DNA from: an uncultured Planctomycetota bacterium
Lineage (GTDB): Bacteria; Planctomycetota; Phycisphaerae; Tepidisphaerales; Tepidisphaeraceae
Length of the DNA stretch: 64,000 nt
NCBI GenBank assembly: GCA_963841915.1
Contig: CAWJEN010000005.1
Span: forward strand, 704,001-768,000
Direction: 5' to 3'
A program made the translations under genes and the position numbers. The number at the start of each line of letters is the position of its first letter. The first letter of the stretch is position 1. The notes under the pieces were generated by a model. It saw only the letters and a list, made by a program, of their open reading frames with translations. It ran no database searches and was not told the DNA's origin. Positions 1-10,239 of this stretch are shown one piece after another.

Positions 1-2
1 TC

Positions 3-1715
3 GTGAAGCTCAAGAGCGACTTGCCGGCAACGCTGGGCGAGGCGTTGAAGCTGCGGGCCAGTCGTACCAGGCAGTACCCGGAGGCGAATGCGGTCGCCCA
101 CGTGCTCGGGCACGTCGGTGAAGTCAACCTGCAGCAGGTCGCCGACGACCCGCAGTTGGCCGAGGAGCTGCGTCGCTATCTGCCGGGCGACCTTGCCGGG
201 CAAGGCGGCATCGAAGCTTTGGCCGAGCGACGCCTGAGGGCCACCCGCGGCCGCATCGTCCGCGACCTTCAGCACGACGAGCGACGCATCACCGACCAGC
301 CGCAACCCGGCCAGGACGTGACGAGCACGATTGACCTGGAGCTGTCGCAGGACATCCGCGAAGCGTTCGAACACGTCGATTTCCGCTGGGCAGAACGGTA
401 TCGCGGCGAAGCGACTGCCTTGCGGATGGAGACGGGGCCGATGCTCGGATCGGCCGTTGTCATTGACGTCGCGACGGGTGGCGTGCTGTCGATGGTGAGC
501 GTGCCCGACTACGACCCCAACGAGTACGCCAGGATTGCCGAAGACCTCTACGCCGACGAGATGCGGCGGCCGGGGATCAATCGGGCGACAACCTTCGCCG
601 CCGTCCCGGGCAGTACGGTCAAGCCGCTCGTCGGCCTGGGGGCGATCACGGACGGGCTGATCCACGCCCACGACACGATCGAGTGCACGGGTTATCTCAT
701 CGTCGAGGTGGGCGGCGTGATGACGAAGTACACGCAGACCGGCCGATGCTGGACCGCCAAGATGTTCGGCGATCTGCCGGAGATGCAAGGGCACCAGAGC
801 CCGTCGCGTGACCCACACCCGACGCCGGGGCTGAATCCGATTGATCCGGCGCGTGGGCAGATGACGTTCGCCGACGCGCTGCAGCGGTCGTGCAACGTCT
901 ACTTCGAGACGCTCGGCCATCGCGGCGGAACAAAGGCGCTGTCACGCTGGCTCGGCACGTTCGGGCTTGGTGAATCGACGGGAATCGGCCTGCCCGAACG
1001 TGAAGGGCTCGTACCGGCCGACCGACCGGTGAAGGCGGTGCCGGGTGACGCGATGGCACCGGTGCGCAACAACTGGTTCGGCTCGATCGGCCAGGGCAGC
1101 GTCGAAGCGACGCCGCTTCAGATGGCAGACGTGGCGGCGACGCTGGCACGCGACGGCATCCGTCGCAGGCCCACCCTCGTGGCCGACGAGCTTAATGAGC
1201 CCGAAGACCTCGGCCTCGACAAAGAGGCCCTCGACCTCATGCACCGCGGCATGAAGGCGGTCATCAACTCGCAAGGTGGCAGCGGTCACTCGATCAACGA
1301 CCGACTGCCGCTGGAGATCGCAGGCAAAACCGGCTCGGCTCAGGCGGCGTTGCTCACCATCACCGACCGCGACGCCGACGGCCACGCCATCGTCAGCGAC
1401 GACGGCCGCGTGAAGTATCGCCGCCTCGATGACGTGTCCGCCCGCGACAACCCCAACCCGCTGGCGCCGTGGTATCGCCGGACGAACAGTGAGGACGACG
1501 AGCGGATCGAAGTGACGCACGCGTGGTTCATCGGCTACGCACCGGCCGACGAGCCGAAGGTCGCGTTTGCCGTCTTTGTCGAATACGGCGGCAGCGGTGG
1601 CATCGCCGCGGGCAGTGTTGCGGCGCAGGTTGTCGAGGCGCTCGTCAAGCACGACTACCTCGGCGCCACGCGGCAGCCGGATCCCGAGCACGAAGGCCAG
1701 TACCTCGTTCCGTAG
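3..1715 (+). CDS. mrdA: Class B penicillin-binding protein (PBP2-like transpeptidase), 5'-truncated by window edge
   Basis: Dimerisation-domain motif RQYPEANAVAHVLGHVGE; catalytic motifs GSTVK (SxxK), SCN (SxN) and KTGSAQ; C-terminal HAWFIGYAPADEPKVAFAVFVEYGG. Confidence 0.85.
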   Translation: MKLKSDLPATLGEALKLRASRTRQYPEANAVAHVLGHVGEVNLQQVADDPQLAEELRRYLPGDLAGQGGIEALAERRLRATRGRIVRDLQHDERRITDQPQPGQDVTSTIDLELSQDIREAFEHVDFRWAERYRGEATALRMETGPMLGSAVVIDVATGGVLSMVSVPDYDPNEYARIAEDLYADEMRRPGINRATTFAAVPGSTVKPLVGLGAITDGLIHAHDTIECTGYLIVEVGGVMTKYTQTGRCWTAKMFGDLPEMQGHQSPSRDPHPTPGLNPIDPARGQMTFADALQRSCNVYFETLGHRGGTKALSRWLGTFGLGESTGIGLPEREGLVPADRPVKAVPGDAMAPVRNNWFGSIGQGSVEATPLQMADVAATLARDGIRRRPTLVADELNEPEDLGLDKEALDLMHRGMKAVINSQGGSGHSINDRLPLEIAGKTGSAQAALLTITDRDADGHAIVSDDGRVKYRRLDDVSARDNPNPLAPWYRRTNSEDDERIEVTHAWFIGYAPADEPKVAFAVFVEYGGSGGIAAGSVAAQVVEALVKHDYLGATRQPDPEHEGQYLVP

Positions 1716-1723
1716 CGTCGACC

Positions 1724-2248
1724 ATGAGCCTCAAGCTGATCGAGCGAAAGATCGTGCACCGCGGCAGGCGGATCGACATCGAAGAACTCACCTTCGAAGA
1801 AGACGGCCGCCGGTTTGTTCGCGAAGTCGGGCGACACGTCGGGGCGGTCTGCGTCGTGGCGGTGAACAATCAGGACGACGTCGTGCTCATCCGCAACCGT
1901 CGCGAGGCGGCGGACGGTACGCTTTGGGAACTACCGGCCGGCACCCTCGAACCGCCCGAACCACCAGCCGACTGTGCCAAACGGGAGCTGATCGAAGAAG
2001 CCGGCTTTGAGGCGGCGACGGTCGAGCACCTGACGACGTTCTGGACGTCGCCGGGCCTGTGGGACGAGCAGATGCACGCCTACCTCGCGACCGGCCTGAC
2101 GCACGTCGGCACGTCGCTGGAGCTGGGCGAGGTGATCGAACCGCACGTTGTGCCGATCGACGAAGCCCTGGCCATGATCGAGCGCGGCGACATCGTCGAC
2201 GGCAAGTCGATCGCGGCGTTGCTCTACGTCGCGCAGTTCCGACGGTGA
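1724..2248 (+). CDS. NUDIX hydrolase (ADP-ribose pyrophosphatase-like)
   Basis: Nudix box ELPAGTLE...CAKRELIEEAGF; C-terminal IVDGKSIAAL; ATG 1724 just after the PBP stop. Confidence 0.9.
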   Translation: MSLKLIERKIVHRGRRIDIEELTFEEDGRRFVREVGRHVGAVCVVAVNNQDDVVLIRNRREAADGTLWELPAGTLEPPEPPADCAKRELIEEAGFEAATVEHLTTFWTSPGLWDEQMHAYLATGLTHVGTSLELGEVIEPHVVPIDEALAMIERGDIVDGKSIAALLYVAQFRR

Positions 2249-2251
2249 CGC

Positions 2252-3538
2252 TCAGTCGTCCATCAGCAGTTCTTCGCCTGGGATGGTGCGGAAGACTTCT
2301 TCGGTGCTCGTCTCGCCGCGGGCGACCTTGAGGAGGGCAGCCTTTCGGAACTCGAGCATGCCGTCCTTGATCGCCTGTTCGCGAACGGCCGAGGCCGGAG
2401 CGCTGCTGGCGATGAGGGCGCGGATCGCACGGCTGATCTCCATGACTTCGAAGACGCCGGTCTGGCCGACGTAGCCGCTCATGTGGTTGCTTTCGGCCGG
2501 AACCGGTGCGTAGAGCTTCGTGCCTTCGCCGGGCTTGAGCATGTCGCTGATCTCTTCAAAGGCCTCGGTACCGAGGTCCATCTCGCGACGGGTGGCCGGA
2601 TCGAGCGTGCGGACGAGCCTTTGGGCCACAACGCCGCGCAGGCTGTTGGCCAGGAAGTGGTCGGGGATGCCCAGTGCCCGCATCGACTGGACCGCACTGG
2701 CAGTGCCTGGCGCGTGAAGCGTGGCGAGCACGAGGATGCCGCTGTTGGCAGCGCGTGCCGCGGTGAGGGCCGTTTCGGGGTCGCGGATTTCGCCGACCAT
2801 GATGACGTCCGGGTTCTGCCGAAGCACCGCCCGCAGCAGGTCGGCAAAGCCGAGCTTAATGTCTGCGTTCGTCTGACTCTGCCGCAGGCCTTCGACGGCG
2901 TATTCGACGGGATCCTCGATCGTGTTGATCTTGCGGGTGCCGTCGTTGAGGGCCATCAGTGTCGCGTAGAGCGTGGCCGTCTTACCGCTGCCGGTGGGCC
3001 CGGTGATCAGGATGAGCCCGCCCGGGTTGGCGACCATTTGGCGGTACTTGGCCAGCTGTTTGTCGAACATGCCCAGCTTGCTCGTGTCGGCCAGCGTGGC
3101 AGAGCGGACGAGCAGGCGGAAGGCGGCATCCTCGCCGTAGAGCGTCGGGATGACGCTGACCCGCAGGTCGACGCTGTTGTTGAGCTCTGCGGCGCTGTCT
3201 TCGGTGCCGTCGGCGTCGAGAGCTTCGGGCGTCCAGATCCAGCGACCTTCGTCGGGGTGACGCAGGTCACCCATGCCCATGCCGCTGTTGTTGCGGACGT
3301 AGGCGACGGCCCGCTTGCCCTGCTCGCGGGTGAGGGTCGAAATCTGCCGAATCATGCCCAGGTGACGGACCTCAGCGACGATGTGGTGCTCGTCTGCGTT
3401 GAGGAACAGGTCACTGGCACCCATGGCCACCGCCCGGGCGACGAGGCGATCGACGGCCTCCTCGGCCGTCACGCCGGTGACGTCGGTCTGGTGGATCTCG
3501 GAGGCGGTACCGGGGACGGCAGGGTTGGAGTCGGACAT
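2252..3538 (-). CDS. GspE/PilB-family secretion/pilus ATPase (no N-terminal MshEN-type extension, no tetra-Cys motif)
   Basis: GPTGSGKT, TIEDPVEY, LRQNPDVIMVGEIRD, ATLH, VAQRLVR motifs. Confidence 0.9.
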   Translation of the reverse strand: MSDSNPAVPGTASEIHQTDVTGVTAEEAVDRLVARAVAMGASDLFLNADEHHIVAEVRHLGMIRQISTLTREQGKRAVAYVRNNSGMGMGDLRHPDEGRWIWTPEALDADGTEDSAAELNNSVDLRVSVIPTLYGEDAAFRLLVRSATLADTSKLGMFDKQLAKYRQMVANPGGLILITGPTGSGKTATLYATLMALNDGTRKINTIEDPVEYAVEGLRQSQTNADIKLGFADLLRAVLRQNPDVIMVGEIRDPETALTAARAANSGILVLATLHAPGTASAVQSMRALGIPDHFLANSLRGVVAQRLVRTLDPATRREMDLGTEAFEEISDMLKPGEGTKLYAPVPAESNHMSGYVGQTGVFEVMEISRAIRALIASSAPASAVREQAIKDGMLEFRKAALLKVARGETSTEEVFRTIPGEELLMDD

Positions 3539-3633
3539 GCGGTGTGGCGGTTGAAGGTGCGCCCCACCCGGTGATTGGCGGGCCGACCCGCGGGTGCCGC
3601 GGGCCGATCAAGGGGCTTGGCGGCGGTGGTGTC

Positions 3634-4002
3634 TCAGGCGGCCGAGGCGTCGCCGGCGGCGACCTGCTTGGCGGCGGATTCGTCTTGAACGATCGGCACA
3701 ACGCGGCCGACTTTGAGCAAGTCCAGCACCTGCCGAACGGCCGGCTGGACGTTGTAGACGACAAACGCGCCGCTGGCGTCCTTGATCTGCTTACTCGTGC
3801 CGATAAGCCAGCCGACGGCGCTGGAGTCGATGTACTGCGTTTCGCCCATGTCGAGCATCACCCGCGACTGCATCCAGTTCTGACCGATCGTGCCCTGCAG
3901 CGGGTTGTTCCCGGCGGGATCAATGTCGGCGGCGGTGATGTTTCCGGCGGTGGCGACCTTGACCAGGCCGTCCTTTTCAATGGAGACGAGTTGCAGCTTC
4001 AT
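3634..4002 (-). CDS. STAS-domain anti-sigma-factor antagonist
   Basis: LDMGETQYIDSSAVGWL and VQPAVRQVLDLLKV; 122 aa. Confidence 0.9.
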   Translation of the reverse strand: MKLQLVSIEKDGLVKVATAGNITAADIDPAGNNPLQGTIGQNWMQSRVMLDMGETQYIDSSAVGWLIGTSKQIKDASGAFVVYNVQPAVRQVLDLLKVGRVVPIVQDESAAKQVAAGDASAA

Positions 4003-4106
4003 AGGGCGTACGCGGCTTGGGCAATAGGGGCGCGGGGAAGACAGACGGTAGCACGACCCGCACCAATGTGAAAATGCCGTCCTTGCGGCAACGTTTCCAC
4101 GCAGCG

Positions 4107-5849
4107 TCACGCTGCGTCACGCAGCTCCGACCGACGCGGCTTCGTCGGCTGCTCCATGTCCAGCGTCACGGGTGTGTCGAGCGCTTCGTCGCCCTCTTGG
4201 CCGAGCAGACGGATCACCAGACCTTCGATCTCCCGGGCGGTGGCGGCGAAGCTGAACTGCTTCTCGACCCGCTTGCGCATCTTGCCGCCCAGCTCCCGAC
4301 GGCTCGCCCCTTCGCGGACAAGCTTGGCCGTCTGCTCCAGCCATGCGGCCGGATCTTCGCAAAGCCCCTCGCTGCCGGTGAGGTCGCCTGCCCCGCCGTC
4401 ACCCGTGGCCACGACCGGCAGACCCGCACCCATGGCCGTCAGCACCTCAGGCGCCGCCGACGCGTCGGCCTCGAACGGCACGAGATACACGTCGGCCATG
4501 GCCAGGAAACCGGCCAGATCGCGACGCGGCCCGGCATATCCGACCCGCTTGCCGACACCCGCCGACTCGAACGCTTTGCGAAGCTGCGACGTGTCCCCGC
4601 CACCAATGACGAGGTAGACTGCCTGCGGTTGCTTGCGGAGCAGCTCGATGACCGAGCGACGCATCGCCGGTGAAATGGCGGCATCGACGTCATTGGCGGC
4701 CGTGCAGCAAATGACTGCCGACTCGGGCAGGCCATAGCTCGACCGTGCAGGCGTCTCGCCGACGGTTTGTTTCAGATCAACACCCTCCAGCAACGTCACC
4801 GTGGGCACGTCGCGGTCGGACCAGTAGCTGGCGTCGTTGTCGGCGGCGGTGGCGTCGAGGTAGCAGACGGCATCGACGCCGCTGCCGTAGTGCGCGGTGC
4901 GGCGCGTGACCCACAGCACACGCTGTGCGACACGCCACGAAACCACAAGCGCCGCCACCGGGTCGACGGCCTCTGCGTCAACGATGAGCACGTCCGTCTG
5001 ATCTTCGACGATGCGGTCGGCGAGCGCGCGGGCGGCGGTGATGATGTCACCGTCGGTCGGTGCGATCCACGTGCTCACGCCGCTGTCGCGGAGCCGGGTC
5101 AGGGTGCTGGTGCCGCGTCGCTGCGAAGGGACGGCCCCGCGGCCGTTGTTGATCCAGGCGTGAGCCGATTGAGCGGTTCCGCTGTCGGTGGCCTGACGGG
5201 TGAGCGAGGCGGGCCAGCCGGCCCATTGCTGCTTGTCGTGCCGGACGTAGGCCTCGGTGGCGTAGGCGGCGAGCTTGAACTTCTTGCTGTCGACGTGTGC
5301 GGCAAAGGAGGCGGCTGCGCGGGCGGCAGGCTCGTCGTCGCCCAGGGCGCTCGTCAAATAACCCACGTGCGGCCGATCGTTGGCCCACTCGCCACCACCG
5401 GCCCACGACTCGTTGGCCGCGGCTTCGGCGATGAGGTCGGCCAGGTCGCTTAGATTGTTCCGCTGCTGCGACCACTGTCCGCCGCGACCCAGGTCCTGGG
5501 CGGCAGCACTCGTCGCCGCCTCGACGCCGAGACCGATCTCACCGCGGCGGATCGCGCTACGCCCGAACGCAACGGTCGGCCCGGTGGCGTCGTCTTCGCG
5601 GCCGACGAACGCGCTGAGCCCGACAAACTGCTCGAGGACCTTGCGGTCGGCAAAGTCGATGCTCTCCAGCGCGTCCCTGAGGTGGGCATGGCACTGCCGC
5701 AGCCCAAGGGTCGCGCCGGCGTGGTGGGCCAGAAAGCGTTCTGCGCTGTTGTTCGACTGCTGATAGACGTCGAGCCGCTCTGCCGCGACATCCCCGCCAC
5801 GGTTGACTTGCTCAACGAGTTCGATCAGCGACGACAGGGGCGTGTTCAT
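4107..5849 (-). CDS. GT-B glycosyltransferase-like protein with resemblance to GT41 (OGT/SPINDLY)
   Basis: RPHVGYLTS, LADRIVEDQTDVLIVD, RSSYGLPESAV, FLAMADVYL, AMGAGLPVV segments. Confidence 0.65.
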   Translation of the reverse strand: MNTPLSSLIELVEQVNRGGDVAAERLDVYQQSNNSAERFLAHHAGATLGLRQCHAHLRDALESIDFADRKVLEQFVGLSAFVGREDDATGPTVAFGRSAIRRGEIGLGVEAATSAAAQDLGRGGQWSQQRNNLSDLADLIAEAAANESWAGGGEWANDRPHVGYLTSALGDDEPAARAAASFAAHVDSKKFKLAAYATEAYVRHDKQQWAGWPASLTRQATDSGTAQSAHAWINNGRGAVPSQRRGTSTLTRLRDSGVSTWIAPTDGDIITAARALADRIVEDQTDVLIVDAEAVDPVAALVVSWRVAQRVLWVTRRTAHYGSGVDAVCYLDATAADNDASYWSDRDVPTVTLLEGVDLKQTVGETPARSSYGLPESAVICCTAANDVDAAISPAMRRSVIELLRKQPQAVYLVIGGGDTSQLRKAFESAGVGKRVGYAGPRRDLAGFLAMADVYLVPFEADASAAPEVLTAMGAGLPVVATGDGGAGDLTGSEGLCEDPAAWLEQTAKLVREGASRRELGGKMRKRVEKQFSFAATAREIEGLVIRLLGQEGDEALDTPVTLDMEQPTKPRRSELRDAA

Positions 5850-5895
5850 GGTCAAGCGGTGCAAAGGCGACCCGCAGAAGCACGGGCCACCCATC

Positions 5896-5925
5896 ACATC
5901 GGCATCGAGTGCCCGTCGCGTTGAA
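5896..5925 (-). promoter_or_regulatory. Possible sigma28 (FliA)-type promoter of the glycosyltransferase
   Basis: Minus strand TTCAAC-N16-GCCGATGT, similar to the element upstream of fliC. Confidence 0.3.
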
Positions 5926-6007
5926 CTACGCGGCCTTGCAGGGGTTGCGCCCGTAAAAACCCATTGATTCGGACCTCGATGTGGTCACCTGACTCAGCCC
6001 AACCTTC

Positions 6008-7531
6008 TCATGACGCGGCCAGCACGGGCAGCTTACGGGCTGTCGATCGCTTGGGCTCGCCGACCAAGTCGTAGTGCTGAAAGTCGGTGATAGTCACGTC
6101 GACGAGTTGGCCCGAGTGCAGCTCGTCACGGCTGGCGACGTAGGTGACGCTGTCGATGTCCGGGGCCTGCCTGGTCGTGCGGCCGGCGTAGACGAGGGTG
6201 CCGTCGTCGGCCTCGCCCTGATGGGCGTCGATGAGCACCTCGACCGTCTCGCCGATGCGGGTTTCGTTTCGAGCGAAGACGACCCGCTGCTGGGCTTCCA
6301 TGAGCTCGCCGTAGCGACGCGTTTTGATCTCCTGGTCGATCTGACCGGCCATCTTGCCCATCGGCGTGCCGGGCTCGGGCGAGTACTCGAAGACGCCCAC
6401 GTGCTCGAAGTGGCCTTCGGCGATCCAGTCGACAAGCTCCTGGTGTTCGGCCTCGGTTTCGCCAGGCGTGCCGGTGATGAAGGTCGTCCGCAGCGCCAGG
6501 CCCGGCACGCGGTCGTGGAGCTTGTCGACGAGCGTCGTCGTCAGCTCTCGGTCGACCTTGCGCTTCATGCGGGCCAACACGTCGCTGTTGATGTGCTGCA
6601 ACGGCATGTCGACGTACGGAACGACCCGCCGACAGCTCGCCATCGCGTCGATCATCTCGTCGGTGAAGCACGACGGATACGCATACATAAGCCGCACCCA
6701 CGACACGTCGGCTTCGAGCTCGCGGTCGAGCGTCTTGAGCAAACCCGCCAGGCCCGGCCCGTAGCCGATGTCGGTGCCGTAGCTGGTCGTGTCCTGGCCG
6801 ATGAGCAACAGCTCGACGGCCCCGTCGCTGGCGAGCTCTGCTCCTTCGAGCAGGATGTTGTCGATCGGCTTGCTCCGCATCGGCCCACGGATGCTGGGAA
6901 TCGTGCAAAAGCCGCAGCCCTGGTTGCACCCTTCGCTCATGCGCAGATACGCAAAGTGCCTCGGCGTCAGTCGCAGGCGGGCACGGTCGTCCTCAAACGT
7001 CGGCAGCCGCATGCCCCGCTTGCCCTCGGTCTGCTTGCGGAGCAACCGGGCCGCGTGTGAGTCGTCGTCGTTGCCGGCAACGGCAGGCGCGGTGTCATCG
7101 CGCGTCGTCGCGTGATAACGCCCCAGAAAATGGTCACCGTTTCGCCCCGCTTCGCCGCGGACGGCCTTGACGATGTGGTCCCGGTCGAAGACGCCCACGA
7201 GCCGATCGATGCCCGGCGCGTCGGCCAGCAGCTTCGTCTTGTGCCGTTGAACCAGGCAGCCGGCGACGACGACACGTTTGACCTTGCCCGTCGTCTTGAG
7301 ATCGATGGCTGCGTTGATTTCAGCCATCGACTCGGTCTTGCTGGCCTCTAAGAAGCCGCACGTGTTGATCACGATGGCGTCGGCCTCGTCGTGGTCGGGC
7401 GTGACCGCAATTCCGTCGGCAGCTAGCAGGCCCAGCATCCGCTCAGAATCGACAAGGTTCTTGGCGCAGCCGAGGCTGACAAAGGCGACAGACTCGATCG
7501 TCTGCGTGGACGGGGCGGTGGTGCTGGACAT
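6008..7531 (-). CDS. rimO: Ribosomal protein S12 methylthiotransferase RimO
   Basis: VSLGCAKNLVDSE, INTCGF, radical-SAM EGCNQGCGFCTIP, C-terminal TRAM domain QAPDID. Confidence 0.95.
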   Translation of the reverse strand: MSSTTAPSTQTIESVAFVSLGCAKNLVDSERMLGLLAADGIAVTPDHDEADAIVINTCGFLEASKTESMAEINAAIDLKTTGKVKRVVVAGCLVQRHKTKLLADAPGIDRLVGVFDRDHIVKAVRGEAGRNGDHFLGRYHATTRDDTAPAVAGNDDDSHAARLLRKQTEGKRGMRLPTFEDDRARLRLTPRHFAYLRMSEGCNQGCGFCTIPSIRGPMRSKPIDNILLEGAELASDGAVELLLIGQDTTSYGTDIGYGPGLAGLLKTLDRELEADVSWVRLMYAYPSCFTDEMIDAMASCRRVVPYVDMPLQHINSDVLARMKRKVDRELTTTLVDKLHDRVPGLALRTTFITGTPGETEAEHQELVDWIAEGHFEHVGVFEYSPEPGTPMGKMAGQIDQEIKTRRYGELMEAQQRVVFARNETRIGETVEVLIDAHQGEADDGTLVYAGRTTRQAPDIDSVTYVASRDELHSGQLVDVTITDFQHYDLVGEPKRSTARKLPVLAAS

Positions 7532-7645
7532 GACAGGGGCGAGCAGGTTATGCGATGCCAACGGCTTGCGGGTTCGCTCGGGACTTCACTTGCCCAGCCC
7601 GATGGGATTGTCCACATCGATGTGACCCTCCCTACCGTGCCGACC

Positions 7646-9058
7646 ATGGCGAGCAGCACAGCCAAACAACTCACCTACGAGCAAGCTAACGCCTTTCTCG
7701 ACTCTCTCGGCAATCTGGAGACGCGTCGCGTCGTCGGCAAAACACCGCCCGAACATCTTGATTTGGGTCGCATGACGACCTTGTGCAAAAAGCTGGGCGA
7801 TCCGCAGCTCAAGGTGCCTTGCGTCCACATTGCCGGCACCAAGGGTAAGGGTAGTACGTGTGCCATGACCGCTGCCATGTTGCGGGCCAGCGGGCTCCGC
7901 GTGGGGCTTTACACGTCGCCACACCTTGTCGACGTGCGGGAGCGGATTCGGGTGCTGACGCCTGATCAGGACGCCGCCGCCCTGCCGCAGGGCGAGATGA
8001 TCTCGACCGACGACTTTGCCGAGGTCATGAGTCGTGTCGCCCGGCAGTCGAGCGTCAAGGCAACGCCGACCTACTTCGACGCCCTTACCGCGGCCGCTTT
8101 TGTTTACTTCGCGGGTCAAGCCCTCGACGTGATGGTTGTCGAGGTGGGGTTGGGTGGCAGGCTCGACTCGACGAACGTGGTGCAGCCGATTGTGGCCGTC
8201 GTCACGCCGCTCAGCCTCGACCACACGCAGCAGCTTGGCCCGACGCTGTCGCACATTGCCCGCGAGAAGGCGGGCATTTTCAAGAAAAAGGCGACGGCCA
8301 TCACCTGCCTGCAGGCAGACGAGGACACGCTTGGCGTCGTCAAGGCCGAGGCCAAGCGCGTCGGCTGCGAGCTGCGCGTCCTTGGCGAAGACGTCGAGTT
8401 CACCTGGCGGTTCGAGGCCAGCCGCATGCTCGGCCGCAACAACCGCATCGGCTTCGAGACCGAGCGACTCTGCTTTGACCACCTGGCCGTCCCGCTGCTG
8501 GGCGAGCACCAGGCGCTCAATTGCGGCCTTGCATTGACCGCGGTCGACGAACTCAAGAAGCACGGCTTTGACACCATCACCGAAGCGTCGTGTGCCAAGG
8601 GACTCGACGGCCTGTCATTCGAGGGGCGCATGGACGTACTGCGGACGGACCCGATCGTCGTCGCCGACGCGGCCCACAACGCGGCAGGTGTCGAGGCACT
8701 ATTTCGCGGGATCGGGCAGCACTTCACGTATGACACGAGCGTCGTCGTCTTCGGCTGCTGCGTGGACAAGGATGTCGACGCGATGCTCGAGAAGCTCGCC
8801 GCCGGGGCGGACAAGGTGGTCTTTTGCCGCGTCGATTCGCCTCGCAGCGCTGATCCTGCCGACCTGCAGCGGCGTTATCACGACGCCCACGGCCGCATGA
8901 GCCAGACGGCCGAGTCGCTTCAGGAGGCATTGCGGCACGCACGCCGGAGCATCACCAGCGACGACATGCTGTGCATCACGGGCAGTTTCTTCCTGGTTGG
9001 TGAGGCAAAGTGCATGCTGGCGAAGAAGGCCGCGGCCAAAGTGGCCAGCGCAGCGTGA
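7646..9058 (+). CDS. folC: Bifunctional folylpolyglutamate synthase/dihydrofolate synthase
   Basis: HIAGTKGKGST, LYTSPHLVDVRERI, EVGLGGRLDSTNVV, IAREKAGIFK, DAAHN, TGSFFLVGE. Confidence 0.95.
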   Translation: MASSTAKQLTYEQANAFLDSLGNLETRRVVGKTPPEHLDLGRMTTLCKKLGDPQLKVPCVHIAGTKGKGSTCAMTAAMLRASGLRVGLYTSPHLVDVRERIRVLTPDQDAAALPQGEMISTDDFAEVMSRVARQSSVKATPTYFDALTAAAFVYFAGQALDVMVVEVGLGGRLDSTNVVQPIVAVVTPLSLDHTQQLGPTLSHIAREKAGIFKKKATAITCLQADEDTLGVVKAEAKRVGCELRVLGEDVEFTWRFEASRMLGRNNRIGFETERLCFDHLAVPLLGEHQALNCGLALTAVDELKKHGFDTITEASCAKGLDGLSFEGRMDVLRTDPIVVADAAHNAAGVEALFRGIGQHFTYDTSVVVFGCCVDKDVDAMLEKLAAGADKVVFCRVDSPRSADPADLQRRYHDAHGRMSQTAESLQEALRHARRSITSDDMLCITGSFFLVGEAKCMLAKKAAAKVASAA

Positions 9059-9125
9059 ATGTCGCCTGACGACAAACCTGTTGAAACTTGCCCGACATGA
9101 CCGTCGTTGTCGTTATGATCGGACA

Positions 9126-10217
9126 ATGCCGGATGACGACGTATCGACGGTGTCGGACGGGTTGAAGCGGAGGTACGGAGGACACAAGGGGACGGGCGGG
9201 GGTGATGACGTGTCCGTCGTGCTCAACGGTGTGGTTGCGGCCGTCCGGGAACGGGCCGGCAGCGACGACGCCTTCCGCGGGGCGCTGGTGCGCCTGCTGG
9301 GCCTCAGCGGGTCCGCCGATGAGGAGCAACCGCCGAGTGCGACGGCGGATCATCAGCGGGCGTCGCGGTCATTCAATGAATTTTTCGACGCCGACCTGGT
9401 CGCCAAACGATGTCGTCTCAAAGCGGCGGCGGCGCGGTGGCAAACGCAGCGGGAGTCGCTCGATCGTGAAGCCGTTCGGCCCGGTGACGAGCTCATCCTC
9501 AACATGGGTCGCGACCTGCCCGACTGTTACTTATGGATGTGCAACGTCTCCAAATGCAGGACACGAAGCGAAGCGGCCATGCAACGGGTGGCGGCCGCTT
9601 ATGAAGCACTCGCCGAGGCGGCAGACCTTGTCGGACCCGTCGACCTTGCGACGCTCACCGGCGACTCGACCGATCCGTCCGGCGACCACGTGCAGCTCGT
9701 CGCAGAGGCCCAGTCGATGCTCCACGTCGTCCTCGGTGACGTGAGGACGGGTGGCGGTTTCGATGCCGACCAGATGTCTGCGTACGTCCTGGCCAAAGAA
9801 GTCGGCGGCAGGCGGCGGACGTTCTTCCACTTCCTTGCCCGCGACGATCGTGCCGACCCGACGACCAGCGGCGACCTGCGACAACGGATCGCCGACGCCG
9901 ACTTGGACGCCCCTCAACGGACTCAGGCGCGGGTCAGCGCCTTGCTCTTGCATTTGAGACAGATTATCGACGGAGCCGCCGAGTCCGTTGATGCCGCCGA
10001 CACGGATCTGGCATGGGCCCGCTACGACACGAACGAGCTCGTGGCCGCGGGTTTGTCGGCAGAAGATCATCGCCTCACCAGTGCCGTCGCCGGCTTGATC
10101 AGTCGCATACCGACCGACGCCGACGATTCGATTCTCGGTGGCCCGTTGGCCGACGCGCTCGATCAGGCCGAGTCGCAGCCGCAAGCCGCGTCACCCGCAG
10201 TCGTACGGGCGGCGTGA
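9126..10217 (+). CDS. Hypothetical protein (helical; resembles a conserved planctomycete family)
   Basis: Long ORF with coding-like composition; motifs RCRLKAAAARW, LPDCYLWM, LVAEAQSML, DADQ, DDRADP. Confidence 0.65.
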   Translation: MPDDDVSTVSDGLKRRYGGHKGTGGGDDVSVVLNGVVAAVRERAGSDDAFRGALVRLLGLSGSADEEQPPSATADHQRASRSFNEFFDADLVAKRCRLKAAAARWQTQRESLDREAVRPGDELILNMGRDLPDCYLWMCNVSKCRTRSEAAMQRVAAAYEALAEAADLVGPVDLATLTGDSTDPSGDHVQLVAEAQSMLHVVLGDVRTGGGFDADQMSAYVLAKEVGGRRRTFFHFLARDDRADPTTSGDLRQRIADADLDAPQRTQARVSALLLHLRQIIDGAAESVDAADTDLAWARYDTNELVAAGLSAEDHRLTSAVAGLISRIPTDADDSILGGPLADALDQAESQPQAASPAVVRAA

Positions 10218-10239
10218 GTGAGCCGACCTAGAACCTTGC

